This document shows, one piece after another, positions 12,601 through 27,600 of a stretch of 64,000 nt of DNA. Where the stretch lies: NCBI RefSeq assembly GCF_004010195.1, contig NC_057718.1, positions 81,988,711 through 82,052,710 on the forward strand, read 5' to 3'. Within the stretch, counting starts at the first letter, position 1. Every line of letters begins with the position of its first letter. The translations under genes were made by a program, and so were the position numbers. The notes under the pieces are model-generated. The model ran no database searches, was not told the DNA's origin, and saw nothing but the letters and a program-made list of their open reading frames with translations. The stretch comes from Chiloscyllium plagiosum. Its lineage: Eukaryota.

Positions 12601-15600
12601 AGGAAGCTGTCAAACAAGATTACAAACAACTGGATCAGATCCAAGCTGTGTCACATCCAGTCACGAATAGTGCTGAACAATCAAACAACTCACTGGAGGA
12701 GGTGATTTCACAAATATCTCCATCCCCAATAACGGAAGAAGCGAACACATCAGCACAAAAGATAAGGCTGAAGCATTGGCAACAATATTCAGCCTTAAGT
12801 GCTAAGTGGATGACCAATCCTGGCCTCCTCAATGGCCCCAGTATCACAGATACCAGCCTTCAACCAATCTAATTCACTATGTGATATTAATAAACGACTG
12901 GGAGCACTGGACAGTAAAAGACTATGGATCCTGACAACATTCTGGCAATATTACTGAAGACTTATGCTTCAGAACTTGCTGCAACCTTAGCCAAGTAGTT
13001 TACAGTACAGCTACAACACTGGTATCTACTTGACAATACAGGTATTCCTATATTCAAACATCAGAACAAATTCAACCCAGCCAATTACTGCCCCAGTTTA
13101 TTCTTGAACACCAGTAAAGTGATGGAAAGTGTAATCAAAAGTGCTATCAAGCAACACCTGCTCAATGACATTCAGATTGGCTTCTGCCAGGGTCACCGAA
13201 CTCCTGACCTCATTACAGACTTGGTTCAAATGTAGACAAAAGAGTGGAGTTCCAAAGATGAGGTGAGAATGACAGCCCCTGATATCAAGGCTGCATTTGA
13301 CCAAGTGCGGTATCAAAGAGCCCTTGCAAAACCGGAGTCAATGGGAACTGGGGAAAAGCTCTCTGCATCATCCCTGGCACATTGGAAAATGGTTGTGGTT
13401 GTTGGAGGTCAGTCATCTCAGCTCCAGGATATCTCAGTAGAGAATCCTCAAGGTACTGTCTTAGGCTCAATGATCTTCAACTGTTTGATCAATGACCTTC
13501 CCTCCATCATCACAACGTCTGAAGCAGGGATGTTTGCCACTGATTGAACAATTCACAACTCCTCAGATACTGAAGGAGCCCATGTTCAAATGCAAGATCT
13601 GGACAATATTCAGGCTTGGTTGGACAAATGGCAAGTAACATTCGCACCATACAAATGTCAGGCATTGACCATCTCCAATGAGAGACGAACCTACCACCGC
13701 CCTTCACGGTGTTATCATCAACATTCTTTGGTGTTACCCTTAACCAGAAACTAAACTGTACTCGCCACAAGAACAATCAGAGACTGGAATACTGCAGTGA
13801 GTAACTACTCCCCTGACTTTTCAAAGCCAGTCCACCACCTACAAGGCACAAGTCAGGAGTGCGATGAATAGTCGCCACTTGCCTTGATGGACGCAGCTCC
13901 AACAACACTCATGAAGCTTGACACCATCCAGGACAGAGCAGCCTTCTTGATTGGCACTGCATCTGCAAACATTCACCACCTCTGCTCAGTAGCAGCAGTG
14001 TTTTACTATTTACAAAATGCACTGCAGAAATTCAAAGATCTTTGCTGAACACCTTTCAAACCTATGACCACGTTCACATAGAAGGACATGGGCAGCAAAT
14101 ACTTGGGAAGACCACCTTCAAATTCTCCTCCAAGCGTCCAAGTGAAGTTCACCTTCACCGATGCTGGGTCAAAATCCAGGAATTTCCTCCCTGAATGGCA
14201 TTACAACCCACACCTAGACTGCAGCAGTTCAACAAAGCAGCTCATCACCATTGTCTCAAGGGCAACTAGGGACAAGCAATAAACACTGGACAGCCAGTGA
14301 GCCATCCATATCCCATGAATGAAAAAAGATAAATAACACACAAAAGACTTTGCAAAAAGAACAAATTGTTAACTTAAGCAAAGACCCATGCTCAATTGAC
14401 TCATTACTGAACTGATGATTGCCTCAATTGGCATCATGATATCATTACCAAAAGGGAACTGTGAGAACGTCACCTAATTTCTCCTTGAGATTTGGATTCT
14501 GACACATAAATCTTGCGCCTGTATTTTCCACCAACTTCTTCCTACAAAAACTATTTGTCTCATTTTCCCATCCTGTGTGAGAGCAAATGTACATGCTTAG
14601 ATTTAAAGGGGGCTTAGTTTAAATTTGCAAATTAATGAATAATGTTTGTCATATGTTAAAGGATAGTTTTGCTATAATAAATTAAGTTTTGTTTTCTTCT
14701 TCATTGACGAAATTCGGAGAATTTTCCTTATCTTAGACAGTGATACAGTGGAACATTAACTATCCTTGACCTTAAATTGGTCATATTTCACATTTGTGCT
14801 GAGTTCTAAAGCTCAACATCCAGTGCATTATTTTTAAATCAGTGTTGTGACACTGCGCTGTTAAGTATTATCTACAAATGATAAACTAATAGAGGTCGTT
14901 TTCAACTCTAGTAATTTATTTCTCTAACCCAAGTAGCAGGGAGTAGCTAAGATGTAATTAAAAGGATAACACATAACTAGCCTAGAAGATAACATACTTA
15001 CTGGGCACATTCCACAAGGTGTCCGCATCAAGCCAGTGGGCTGAATGATGAGATTAACTGCCCGATACAGCTTCATTTGTCCATCCACACTCCCAACAGT
15101 CCCTTCCTTTGCGGCTATGATGGTCATCTCCACTTTTCCGTCATATATCAATGTATTCAGAATGGTTTCAATGTCTTCCATAGAGAGTTCCACCTGAGAT
15201 TACAAAAGCTATTGAAGTTATTCACAGTCACTGAGCAATAGAGAAGATTCACAGACTTTTTTTTATTTCATAAATTTACTTTATTCATAAAATAATTTGA
15301 TGGTCTGTACAGTTGGTCATGCCATACATACATAAACATTTACATAGAGATCAGAATTTATCATTTGTACATACAGGTCTGTACATTTATCAATCATATA
15401 TCCATATATTTAGCTGAGGCGTCAGCAGAGCCCAAATGACTGCGTGAGCCCCCTGTTCTTCTTAGGCAGGCAGATGTTACATGGTGGTCTTTCCCCATTG
15501 TGCCTTGACGGCAGCTGCCCCAAGCTTCAGCGCGTCCCTCAACACGTAGTCCTGGACCATGGAATGTGCCAGTCTGCAACACTCAGTCGGGGTCAACTCC

Positions 15601-18600
15601 TTCAGCTGGAAGATCAACAGGTTTTGGACTGCCCAGAGAGAGTCCTTCACCGAGGTGATGATCCTCCAGGCACAGTTGATGTTCGTCTCGGTGTGCGTCC
15701 CGGGGAACAGACCGTAGAGCACGGAGTCCCACGTCACGGCGCTGCTCGGGACGAACTCTCAAGGACACTACGTGCTGATGGACTTGTGGTCAAAGGTGTT
15801 TTTCTTCATAAACTTCTCCACAAAGGACAGGTGATACGCAACGGTCCAACTACTCGGAGCGTTCCGCCGCAGCGAGGCCAGGCCCATCCTTCGCAACACC
15901 GGGGACAGGTAGAGCCTCAGTATGTAGTGACACTTGGTGTTTGCGTACCGGGGATCCACGCACAGCTTGATGCAGCCACACACAAAGGTGGCCATCAGGG
16001 TGAGGGTGGCATTGGGTGTATTTTTTCCCCCGTTGCCCAGATCTTTATACATAGAGTCCCTTTGGACCCGGTCCAACTTTGACCTCTATATAAATTGGAA
16101 GATGGCTCAGGTGACTGCAGCAGCACAGGTTCTGGGAATAGGCCAGACCTGTGCCACGTATAACAGCAATGACAGTGCCTCACACCTGATGACCAGGTTT
16201 TTTCCCCGCGATGGAGAGCGACCAGTTTCTGCCTCACTTTGCTGATACGCTCCTCCTAAGACTTGGCGCACGCCCCAGCTCTCCCGAACCAAATACCCAG
16301 CACCTTCAGGTGATCGGTCCTGACGGTGAAGGGGATCGAGGATTGGTCGGCTCAGTTCCCGAAGAGCCCCCGAGGCCCATTCAAACTGGTCACATTTGCA
16401 CATGAGTCTGCGCACGGACAGCGAATCCGAGCAAAAAACGGTGACATCGACATCATCCATGTACAGGGAGGCCTTAACCTGTAGGCCCCAGCTGCCAGGA
16501 ATAGTCACCCCTCTCAGGCTCGCATCCTTCCTGATGGGCTCGGCAAATGGCTCTATGCAGCACACAAACAAGGCAGGAGAGAGAGGGCAGCCCTGTCTGG
16601 CTCCAGATCTGACTGGGAAGCTATCTGATTCCCACCCATTGATTGAGACTGCACTGACAATGTTGGTGGACAGCAGTCTGATCCAATTGCAGATTCCCTC
16701 CCCAAAGCCCATTTTGGACAGAACATCTCTCATATACGTGTGCAGACACAACAGAAAACTCAAATGTACAAAAAAGTCAAGCTATTTGTTGGAATGAGAA
16801 GTGATTGAGTACTAGTCCAATCCAACAACTGTTTTAGTGATTAGTACTGGTGATTTAGTGATGACGCAGCCCATTAACTTTCAGCAGTGGTTCCTTTAAA
16901 ATAGGAACAGAACAGTAGTTTTCTACATATAGCTACAGAACCAGTAAACTACGAATCCAGAGGATATAGTTATTTAAATAACAAAATATGGATGGGCATG
17001 AGTGTAAGTCCACTGTAAGGACTGGCCGTAAACCCTTTGAAGAACAAAACAGGTTTATTGAGTTTAGTCACTGATGAGCAATTGAACTCCAGATATCTGT
17101 CTTTATCCATATTCCTTAACAATGTTAGTTGGCAAAAATCTGTTTTAAAGTTAACAATTGATCTAACATTTTGTCACTAATGGCAATTAATGTTTCAAAT
17201 TTCTACCACTTGTTGCACATGCAAATGTTCCCAATTTCAATCCTTAAGTTTAGGGTCAATATTTTTTTTGAAAAAAGGTAATACACTTTAGTCCTATACG
17301 GAACAACCCAAAGCAATAATTTCTCTGTATTTCAATACATCTGCTCCCCTTCACATCAACTTTCTTGTTCACTGGTAATGGTAATAACCATAATTTATTA
17401 AATCTCAACTCATAGATTAGATTACTTACAGTGTGGAAACAGGTCCTTCGGCCCACCAAGTCCACGCCGACCCTCCTTAGAGCAACCCACCCATATCCAT
17501 TCCCCTACAATTACTCCTTCACATAACACTACTGGCAATTTAGCATGGCCAATTCACCGAACCTGCACATTTTTTGGACTGTGGGAGGAAACCGGAGCAC
17601 CCGGAGGAAACCCAAGCAGACACGGGGAGAATGTGCAAACTCCACACAGACAGTTGCTTGAGGCAGGAATTGAACCCACATCTCTGGCGCTGTGAGGCAG
17701 CTGTGCTAACCACTGTGCCACCATTCCGCCGCTTGACTCTGATGGTCAAGTTACCATGCCACTAAATATATGCTAAAGTCTTTGCAAGACCAACAGGTCC
17801 AAGCTGTCAGGAAGACCAGAGCTGTGCTGAAGTACAAAGGACAGTAGATTTGCAACCTAGTTGTGCTAGTGCTCTTGCAAAGGAAATTCACTTGTGTCTT
17901 GGTCTCATCAGACCAAGTTTAGAATCTGTCAGTAATCACTCCAGTATAGATGGGAATTGGGTCATGCTGCATTTTTTCTTCCCAGGCAACTTTTAGGGTG
18001 TTGAGTACCTTTCGGGTCGAATGCAGAGACAATGGACTTGGTTATCTTCAACTTGTAGAAACGTTCATCCATTTTTGACAGGCCAAAGTTTAGTGCGGCC
18101 TCTGTATCCTGGAAAGATTTTGTCCGAGTTGTCAATACAATATTATTGGCAAAAGTAAATTTTCATGATGGGGTTGGCATGTAGCTAACATGGATATTAA
18201 AACAGGTCTGCGCCATAATGTCTTGTGGGAGATCACTGAGTGATTCTAGAGAGCTGGCTTTGTCCCATCAGTAGATCTACATTGCAAAGTAATAGAACAA
18301 TGTCCACAGTAGACAGGTACATGATAGCAACAGGAGCAATTTGAGCAGCAATCTATGTTTCCATACTATTGTAAGTTTCATAGATTTAAGAGCTTTTCAA
18401 GGGCTTGTTTACAGAAACTGCGATATATTCATCCATGGCCACATCTGCCTTCAAAAGTCGATGTGAAAGATCCCACATACCATTTGAAAGAAGAGTAGGG
18501 AATTCTCCCCAAGACTTGGCTAATATTTAACCCTCAACAATCATAGCTGGAAGATGAAGGCCATGGTTTGATAGCAAATGACAGATCAATAGTGCATTTT

Positions 18601-21600
18601 AAATGATCTTTGAGAAAGCTGCGCACAAAGATCTAGCAATTCGTGTGGTATGTTGCCCCCTCTTCTTAATGGCCATTTAAGTGAAGTTAATGGGAATGAT
18701 TTGGTGTGTAACAACAGTGATGTCAATTAAGTAACCAATTACACTGAAGCACTGAGACATAGCAAACCAGGATGCTAAAAATACTTGAATTTCACTTTTA
18801 ATCCAAATTTTCAGATAACCAAATTCTCAATTGGACTAAGGTAAAAGTTGGCTCAGTGGTTAGCACTGCCACCTCACCGCGCCAGGAACCCGGGTTTGAT
18901 TCCAGCCTCGGGCCACTGTCTGTGTGGAGTTTGCACATTCTCCCAGTGTCTGCGTGGATTTCCTGTGGATGCTCTGGTTTCCTCCCACAATCCAAAGATG
19001 TGCGGATCAGGTGAATTAGCCATGCTAAATTGCCCATAGCGTTCGGAGATATGTAGGTTAGGCGCATTAGTCAGGGGTAAAATGTAGGGGAATGGATCTG
19101 GGTGGGTTACTCTTCGGAGGGTCAGTGTGGACTTGTTAGGCTGAATGGCCTGTTTCCACACTGTAGGGCTCTATAAAAATCTGTGAAAGATATGGAAATT
19201 ATTAAAGAGACACTTAGCATATACAAATATAGAATTAGCTCTTTCAGGGTTAGTTAGAGTTTAACAATAATTATGAGGTTATTATGGTGTTGAAAGCTCA
19301 GTTATATGTTATTCAGTGCAGTGATGAGTGATATAGATGCCAATCATATCACAAGGACTCCATATCACTCATGCATTGGAGTGCAAACAGTTGGATTTTA
19401 TCTCATTAGCTTGAGTTAATCAAGAATGTTCAGTGCTTTGTGGTTCTCAGACTGGTATTAAAGATAAAGAATGACAATATTATCCCACGATATAGAGTAC
19501 AGCGGTTATGATGGCAACCCAGCATGGTGGTCAGCTAGTTCCCCTGTGGAAAATCATCATCAGTGTCAATAAGTGGTGAGACTGGTACAATTACAACATT
19601 TAAAAGACTTCTGGATAGGTATTTGAATAGGAAGGGTTTAGAGGGATGGGCCAAATGCTGGCAAACGGGACTAGATTAATTTAGGATATCTGGTTGGCAT
19701 TGACAAGTTGGACCAAAGTGTTGGTTTCTGTGCCGTAGATCTCCAGGACTCTAACTCTATGACCTGGTAACCTTGACACTCAATTATCTTCTAACCAAGT
19801 AGGACAATATTTTCTGTGACAACTCAAACATTCAACTTTCCAGTTTTCTATACCTTGCTGATACCCAATTCACAGATGTATTTCCACACTTCGTGGGATG
19901 AAGCAAATGAACTGTTCCTCTGTACCACTGGACTTTGTTTACTCTCACGAGCCACTTCTGCCTATAGGGAACACATAGTTGTTTTCATCATTAGTCTCAA
20001 TTTCCATGTAATAGTGCTCAATGTAATGATTCAAATTTCCATTCATTACAGTGGTGTACAGCATTCTCTGCAGTTATATCACTTATAGGTTTACATTAAG
20101 TATCAAACACGTCTAACAATGTGCAACGTAACATTAGGAAACCTAGACTCAAAAACTTGGATGCAAGTAGTTTGATATTGTTAAGTTGAAGGAGTGTACT
20201 GTACCTTTAAGAAAAACTGAATGCTGTACTGATCTGAGAGCTTACAAGCACATATGTATATGACTAGATGGCAATCCCAGAGAGTATTGGAAAGTCGAAA
20301 ATATGTAACATTTGGCTGTAAAATGGATACCTGAGTTTTGGTTGCTGTTTGACAACAATTTGAATTTATCCAGTTTAAATTATGCCCCAGGATATTAAAA
20401 CCCAATCGAGTTTAAATTTATTGGTTCCATGTCTGCAAAACAATTAGACAATCAGATGTTGGGGGTACAAAAATGTGGCCATTTTGAAAATTGGTCAGAG
20501 AGCAACTGCCATAGAGGCAGCTCCAAGAAATTAGGAAACACTCTCTACTTTTTCATTTGCAACATACTCACAGCCAAAAGAAAGAAGATGACCCAGGGAA
20601 TTCAGCAGCCAGAAGAGTGAAGTCATAGAAGACGACAGTGGCTGTGTGGTATTGAAACTAAGTTGATGTAATTTTAATAAGCGTCTTATTGGAACAGCAT
20701 ATTATTATGGAGTTGGAGGCAGGTAATAAGCAGTTAAGAGAAAGGGGGGCTTAGAGTTGTGAATAGTTGTTGTTTAACGTTCACTTTTAGAGATTAAAAA
20801 AAAATAATGTTATTTTCTTTAAATAGTGGAATCCGGGAGTTCTCTATCACTCATATTTTAACAGATGGTGAGGCGGGGTGAGCTTTTCTGGGTGTTTGGT
20901 TTCATTAACAGAGGGGTTCATCACCGTGTCATCACAATATAAGGATATTTTAATCATAAAGAACAATGGAACCTCAGGAATATGCTGTTTGTTCACATAG
21001 TGGATACCCATTTCTCAGAGCAAGAGCTCTGTCTGCATCTGACAAGGTCAGGGTTCAAATCTTATAACAAGTGAGTTCTGCATAGTGTTATCAGGTCCAG
21101 AACCTTTTAATGGATTTGTTTTGATGACATAAAATTTTTCCAGCTTCACTCTCAACTCTCCATTCTTAAATTAGACTTTAATCAATATATCTGTTTGTTG
21201 TTGCTCAGATCAAATGGCTTTTGGAGAGATTTGAGCAGTGTATATGACACATGCAAAGAGCATTTCTTTGTATTTATCCACATTTTTTGATTATGGACTA
21301 AAATGGAGGAAAAAAATGATCAGCTCAAGAATTAACTCAGCAGACCCTGTGGTCAGGGATCACAAAACTGCCTTCTCAGTCTTTCCTTCCAACTATAACA
21401 CCCATTTCCTTTTCCTTGATTGTGTATGTAATGTGTAGAGAGGGAGCGTGTAAGGGGACTAGAGTTTTAACTGGTAGAGTTTTATGTCTATGGTTCATTA
21501 GTGTATATATGGAGTTTGACTATTTTTACAAATAAATTTTTTTTTGATACATTACTAGTCAGTACTTTCAATGAACCAAAGTCTGAAAGGCAAATAAATT

Positions 21601-24600
21601 TGAGAATACACTGTACTTTCCAAAAATATTTAACTTCTGTGATGACATCAGGAATAGCAAGGCTTGATTTCCAGCATGCTCACCCTTGCATAACAATGCA
21701 CATGGCAATAGAACTGTTTGAGACAGGCACAATACAACAGAAGGTAATTTCCTCACCCTCACTGTTAAAATCGCATTGCAGTTTAGCACCAGTGGCAAAT
21801 ACCTGTCATTCCCTTAACAACAAATTTACTAATTCAGAAAGCACAATGTACTGTAAAAAACTGATCATGACTTGTAGATATTAGAGCTTGGAGAAAAGTC
21901 TAGAGGAACTTGTGTGATTGACAGAAACAATAAAAGGGAGGAGAATAGGACTACAGAGGAGGATAAATTAGTCTTGTCACTGACTGATAAAGAAATGAAG
22001 CACTAAAGCCATTTGCAAACTCTAAAATAGGTACAAACATGGTGGGCTAAATAGTGTAATGTGCTGTACTGTTTTACGTTCTATGTTTCTTTTAAACCTG
22101 ATTAAGCCAAATCATTATCAGACCGATACTTTTTATAGCAAAAGAGCAATCTTCCAAAATGTTTAGATTAAATTATATGTACAAGTCACAAGCATGATCT
22201 CTCATTGTTGTACTTCGTTGTTGGAACACCTACTACATTACACATTAAATTTTCCTGATTCTGTAGAAGTAGTGAGAGTGAGAGAATGAGAAAGTAACCT
22301 TTCTATGCCATACCTTATTCTGTAAGAATTTGAAGCACTGCTGATTCAACACCTCCACGAACTCGGACTCAAAATCCTGGTCACTGTACCATGCTCCACC
22401 AGTCACAGATCGATCTGGCTGCAGATTATATAACATGTATACTTTTTTTTTCGAAGCCTGGAAGGATAGAAGATAATGGTTGTTCTTGTTTCTTGTGGAA
22501 AACACTGGAAAGACAATATTCATCACCTTAGTTGACGAGAGGGCATCAAGAATTAACCATGAAGAGAAATGCTGGAGCAGTATATAGCCCAGAATACAAA
22601 CCAGGCAGAGACATGGTGCAGGTAGGGATTTTTACATTCATCCACCAGGCTTTACGGTCCTTCACCTAGAGCCAGACCTCAAGTTAATTTTTCTTCCAAG
22701 CTCGATTTCACAATTTGCAATGCAGAGTTTCAACTCAATATCTCTATTGCTAGACCAATCTTTTCTATTGTTGTTAATTGTTTTGGTGCAAGGTAATGCA
22801 TAACTGGAACAAACTTTAACCTTTGACATTCTTTGCTGAGACCAGGATATCGCAAACTTGCTGGCAAAACTATATAGTGGACAGGTTTCACTATTCTAGC
22901 ACTTAGACCACACCACCTCTCTAATGGGACAGACATTCAAATTGGAAAGTTACTATGCAACAAAAGATAAAAAAAAACAGGGTTTGTCCTGGAAATTGTA
23001 AGAACAGCAGTCTGGAAATCTGAAATAAAATCAAACACAAAGTGCTCGGAATACTTAAAAAAATACAGTCAATGTAAAATACAAGGAAATGACTGGCAGA
23101 AAGAGACCAGTTGGTCCAGTTAGCCTCCACAGATTCATGACAGCTGACCAAACACTTGTTGTGTTCTGGGAGATGTAACCAACCAAAGAAAAGTCCAGAG
23201 TCAACAAGAGGATGGGGAAGAGGAAGAAGAAGAAAAACACACTCCACATTCCCACTCACACAATCAAAATCTATCCAGTAGATCACATAACCTCACCTGG
23301 GAGTGAGGTTCCATATAAGACATGTAGAAAATCATCCATAGAATAGACAATACATGTCTCAACTCTGTATAAGAACTCAATTTCACAAGTATGTTTTTAA
23401 AATGTTGAAAGTAGCTTCCACTCCACTTTCGTCTTAACCCACAACAATCGGAGAAATACTTTCAAGGAATTTTCAAGAGGGAAGATTGGAAAATACTTGA
23501 CAGGAACATTGTTGAGGGTTAAGGGGATAAACAGAGGACTGGAAAGTGTATTTGGACAGCCCTTTCAATAAAAGATGACACAGAAGGATGGATCTCCTTT
23601 AATGCTGCAAACACATTTTAACTTACTCATAGTTTTAATTCCCCTTGTAAGTGCTGCTGGGAATTTAATTCTGTCTCAGCCCCTCCATGAATCAGAGCCC
23701 ATCATTTAATTTTAAACATATTCACAATCAAATCCATCTATGATTCTGCAGCAGGAGATAACCATCATGAGCTCAAAAGCCCCATCATCCTTAGATGAAC
23801 AGGTAGCACCCAATCTGAGTCGGAAGATAACATTTCAAGGCCTATTCTCGAGATTTGAACCTATCATCTACACAGAAGCTCTCAGGGGATACGCTACTGT
23901 CCTATCCATGCCCCTCATGATTTTATAATCCTCTACAAGGTCGCCCCTCAGCCTCCGACACTCCAAGGGAAAAACAGCCCCAGCCTATTCAGCCTCTCCC
24001 TAAGGCTCAAATCCTCCAACCCTGGCAACATTATTGTAAATCTTTTCTGAACCCTTTCAAGTTTCACAACATCCTTCCAATAGTAGGCTATTCCAAAATA
24101 GCCTAACCAATATCCTGTGCAGCCACAACATGACCTCCCAACTCCCGTACTCAATACTCTGACCAATAAAAGAAAGCATACCAAACACCTCCTTCACTAT
24201 CCTATCTACCCTCTATTCTATTCTACTTTCAAGGAACAATGAACCTGCGCTCCAAGCTCTCTTTGTTCAGCAACACTCCCTAGGACCTTACTATTAACTG
24301 GAGAAGTCCTGCTCGGATTTGTTTTTCTAAAATGCAGCAGCTCACATTTATCTAAATTAAACTCCATCTGCCACTCCTCAGCCCATTGGCCCCTCTGATC
24401 AAGATTGCGTTGTAATCGGAGGTAACCTTCTTTGCTGTCCACTACACCTCCAATTTTGGTTTTCACCACAAACTTACTTAACTGTACTTCCTATGTTCAC
24501 ATCCAAATCATTTATATAAAAATGACGAAAAGTAGTGGATCTAGCACAAATCCTTGTGGAATTCCACTGGTCACAGGCCTCGTCTGAAAAGCAACCCTCC

Positions 24601-27600
24601 ACCACCAACCTTTATCTTCTACCTTTGAGCCAGTTCTGTATCCAAATGGCAAGTTCTCCTTGTATTCCCATGAGACCTAACCTTGCTAACCAGGTTCGCT
24701 GGGGAACTTTGTCAAACACCTTACTGAAGTCCATATAGATCACATCCACCACTCTGCCCTAATCAATCCTCTGTGTTACTTCTTCAAAAAACTCAATCAA
24801 GTTTGTGAGACATGATTTCCCATGCACAAAGTCATGTTGACTATCCCTAATCAGTCCTTGCCTTTCTAAATACATGTACATCCTGTCCCTCAGGAATCCT
24901 TCCAACAATTTTCCCACCACCGACGTCAGGTTCACCGATCTAAGTTCCCTGGCTTGTCCTTACCACCTTTCTGAAATAGTGGTAGCACATTAGCCAACCT
25001 AGAGTCTTCTGGCACCTCACCTGTGACTATCAATGATACAAATATCTCAGCGAGGGACCCAGCAATCACTTCCCTAGCTTTCCACAGAATTCTAGGATAC
25101 ACCTGATCAAGTCCTGAGGATTTATCCACTTTTATGTGTTTCAAGATATCCAGCAGCACCACCTTTGTAATATGGACATTTTTCAAGATGTCACCATTTA
25201 TTCCCCCACATTCTGTATCTCCGATGTCCTTCTCCACAGTAAGCACTGATGCAAAATACTCGTTTAGTATCTCCCCCATCTCCTGTGGCTCCACACATAG
25301 GCTGCCGTGCTGATCTTTGATGGGCCCTATTCTCTTCCTAGTTATCCTTTTGAACTTAATTTTATTTTTAAAAACCCTTTGATTCTCCTTAACCCTATTT
25401 ACCAAAGCTATTTCATGTCCCCTTTTTGCCCTCCTGATTTCCCTCTTAAGGTTACTCCTACTGCCTTTATACTCTCAGGATTCTCTCAATCTCTCCTGTC
25501 TATACCTGACATATGCTTCCTTCTTGAGAGCTTGCACTGCATAGACAGCTACACTTCTCACATCACAACCCTTCAAAAGCCCTTAATTGTTGCCAAGTGC
25601 TTTGAGATGCTGAGTTTGTAAAATATGCTATTTAAGGGTTTACATCTTGATGCAGTGTGATAAGGTGGAGAACATTCACATATCCAAACCAACACAACAA
25701 GGAAGTCGTTACCATACTCACAGCTACAGATTTGACAGCTTTAATTAGTTTTTTGCTCTCCATGTTCTTGAGGATTTTGTTGATTTCCGTCAGTGGAAGG
25801 TTACTCTTGTATCGAATATCTCTGCTCCATATCCCTATGAAAAATCAATTTAGATCAATGGAACTCAACAATTAAATTTAAAGGTGCATTAACTCAAAGG
25901 AACCAAAATTCAGACGTTCCAGTTCTACTATTTTAAATAATATGCAGAGACGAATTGATAATTTTATTGAATCACAAGTATTAGTGAAACTTTCATAAGC
26001 TTCTGACTTCGTGACAAGAGTCCCACTCAGTCGCCCAATTACAAAATTTAGACGGAGAGGTGGAGGGTGTGTCAGAGGTGTCGTCTTTCAAATCTTCTCA
26101 GTTGACCAAATGAATTCCATTCCACTACTTTGAAGATGGGCAAAGCAGATTTCCAATACTTATCCCTCATTTTTCCTGCATTGTAGAAGACATTGACCTC
26201 GTCATTTATTATATTGCAGTATAAGGGGCTTTGAGGTGTGTAAATTAGTTGCTGTGATTACAACGTTGCAATAGTGCTTTCACTTTAAAAGAAATTCATT
26301 GACTGCAATATATTCTGGGATATGAAAGGCACTGTAGAAATGAAATTCTCTCTTTTCACTCGAACAAATAAAGCAATTACACTTAAAGCTGCACAATGCT
26401 CTTCTCTACGTAGAATAGAGTAACAATATTGAGAGAGTTGGGTTTCTCAACCCATCCCAAAACAATAAATACTTCCACAACCTCTCCACGAAAAGGAGGG
26501 AAGAGAGAGTTTAAATGGAAATGAGCTACATCAAAATGTCTCTGAAACCCATGACATGCTCTACAATGTGCTTCCATCATTGTAACTGAGCAGTTCTAAA
26601 GGTGGAATATGAAGAATAGAAATGTATTTTCAAATCATATACATTCAGACCAGTGCTCTTCCGTTTGGATCACAGGGTCCTGCTAGGATTCCAAAGGGTC
26701 ATTTTTATGCTGAGATTGGTTGGTAGTGGGGTTAAAGAGAGAAGGGATGCAGGATGTGATGGAAGACATCAAGAACAATTTTTAAAAAGGATTATAAGCT
26801 GCTTGTGAATTTGGAGGATTTTAGCTGCTGTACCTTTATTTCCAGCATCTTCTATGATTTGATAAACCAGTTTTTCTTGATTGTCAGAACCCTTCATTTT
26901 GCTGTTAAAAGAAATCCACACATCTAATTAAAAGGTATACTAAAGACTGCAGCAATTCTGAACTTGGAGTTAAACATCAACTCAAAAGGGAGAAGTGTTG
27001 GTAGGTAATAAGATTCTATACCACGAAGTAGAAACAGAAATGGGGTTTGGCTTGCGCTGTCAATGCCCTAAATGGAAAAAAAAACCCAAGAGTGGTAATA
27101 TTCCAAAGTATAGAAATGGTTGAATATGAACATAGGAGTTATGGTTAGTAGGTTTGCTGATGACACCGAAATTGGTGGTGTATTGCACAACCAAGAAGGT
27201 TACCTCGGGTTTCTAGTGGACCTTGATTAGATGGGCCAATGGACTGAGTGGCAGAGTAAGTTTAATTTAGATAAATATGAGGTTCTGCATTTTGGTAAGG
27301 AAAATCAGGGCAGAACTTATACACCTAATGGGAAGGTTCCAGGAAGTGATGCTGAACAAAGAGACCTTGGAGTGCAGGTTCATAGATCCTTGAATACGGA
27401 GCCACAGATGGACAGGACAGAGAAGACAGCGTATGGTATACTTGCCTTTATTGGTCAGTGCATGGAATATAGGAGTTGAGAGGCCATGTTGCGGCTGTAG
27501 AGGACATTGGTTAGGCCATTTTGGAATACTAAATGCAATTCTGGTCTCCCTGTTATAGGAAGGATATTGCAAAACTTTATGTTTTTCCCAGGAGCATTGG

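Noticed and set aside
11390-14851. Possible solo LTR (TG...CA) interrupted by the tRNA-headed LINE; also possible LTR/ERV debris at ~17800-18400, 22550-23320 and 47320-47790
   Set aside because: No clear TSD or convincing protein motifs by eye; left unannotated.
15444-16082. 212-aa plus-strand ORF
   Set aside because: Antisense shadow of the GC-rich Tx1-like LINE, not a gene.
17640-17732. tRNA-like sequences with A/B boxes (also 18848, 31931, 45660-45738)
   Set aside because: SINE heads followed by SINE body and tail; no complete cloverleaf or acceptor stem.
19324-19372. 11-bp inverted repeat ATGAGTGATAT/ATATCACTCAT with a GTGATGA box-C-like motif
   Set aside because: Stem too short for a pre-miRNA, no suitably placed box D, and the motif is antisense to the host gene.
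22443-22451. A9 run (AAA AAA AAA) in POLR3F exon 6
   Set aside because: Frame is intact and KKK is conserved; no evidence for programmed slippage.
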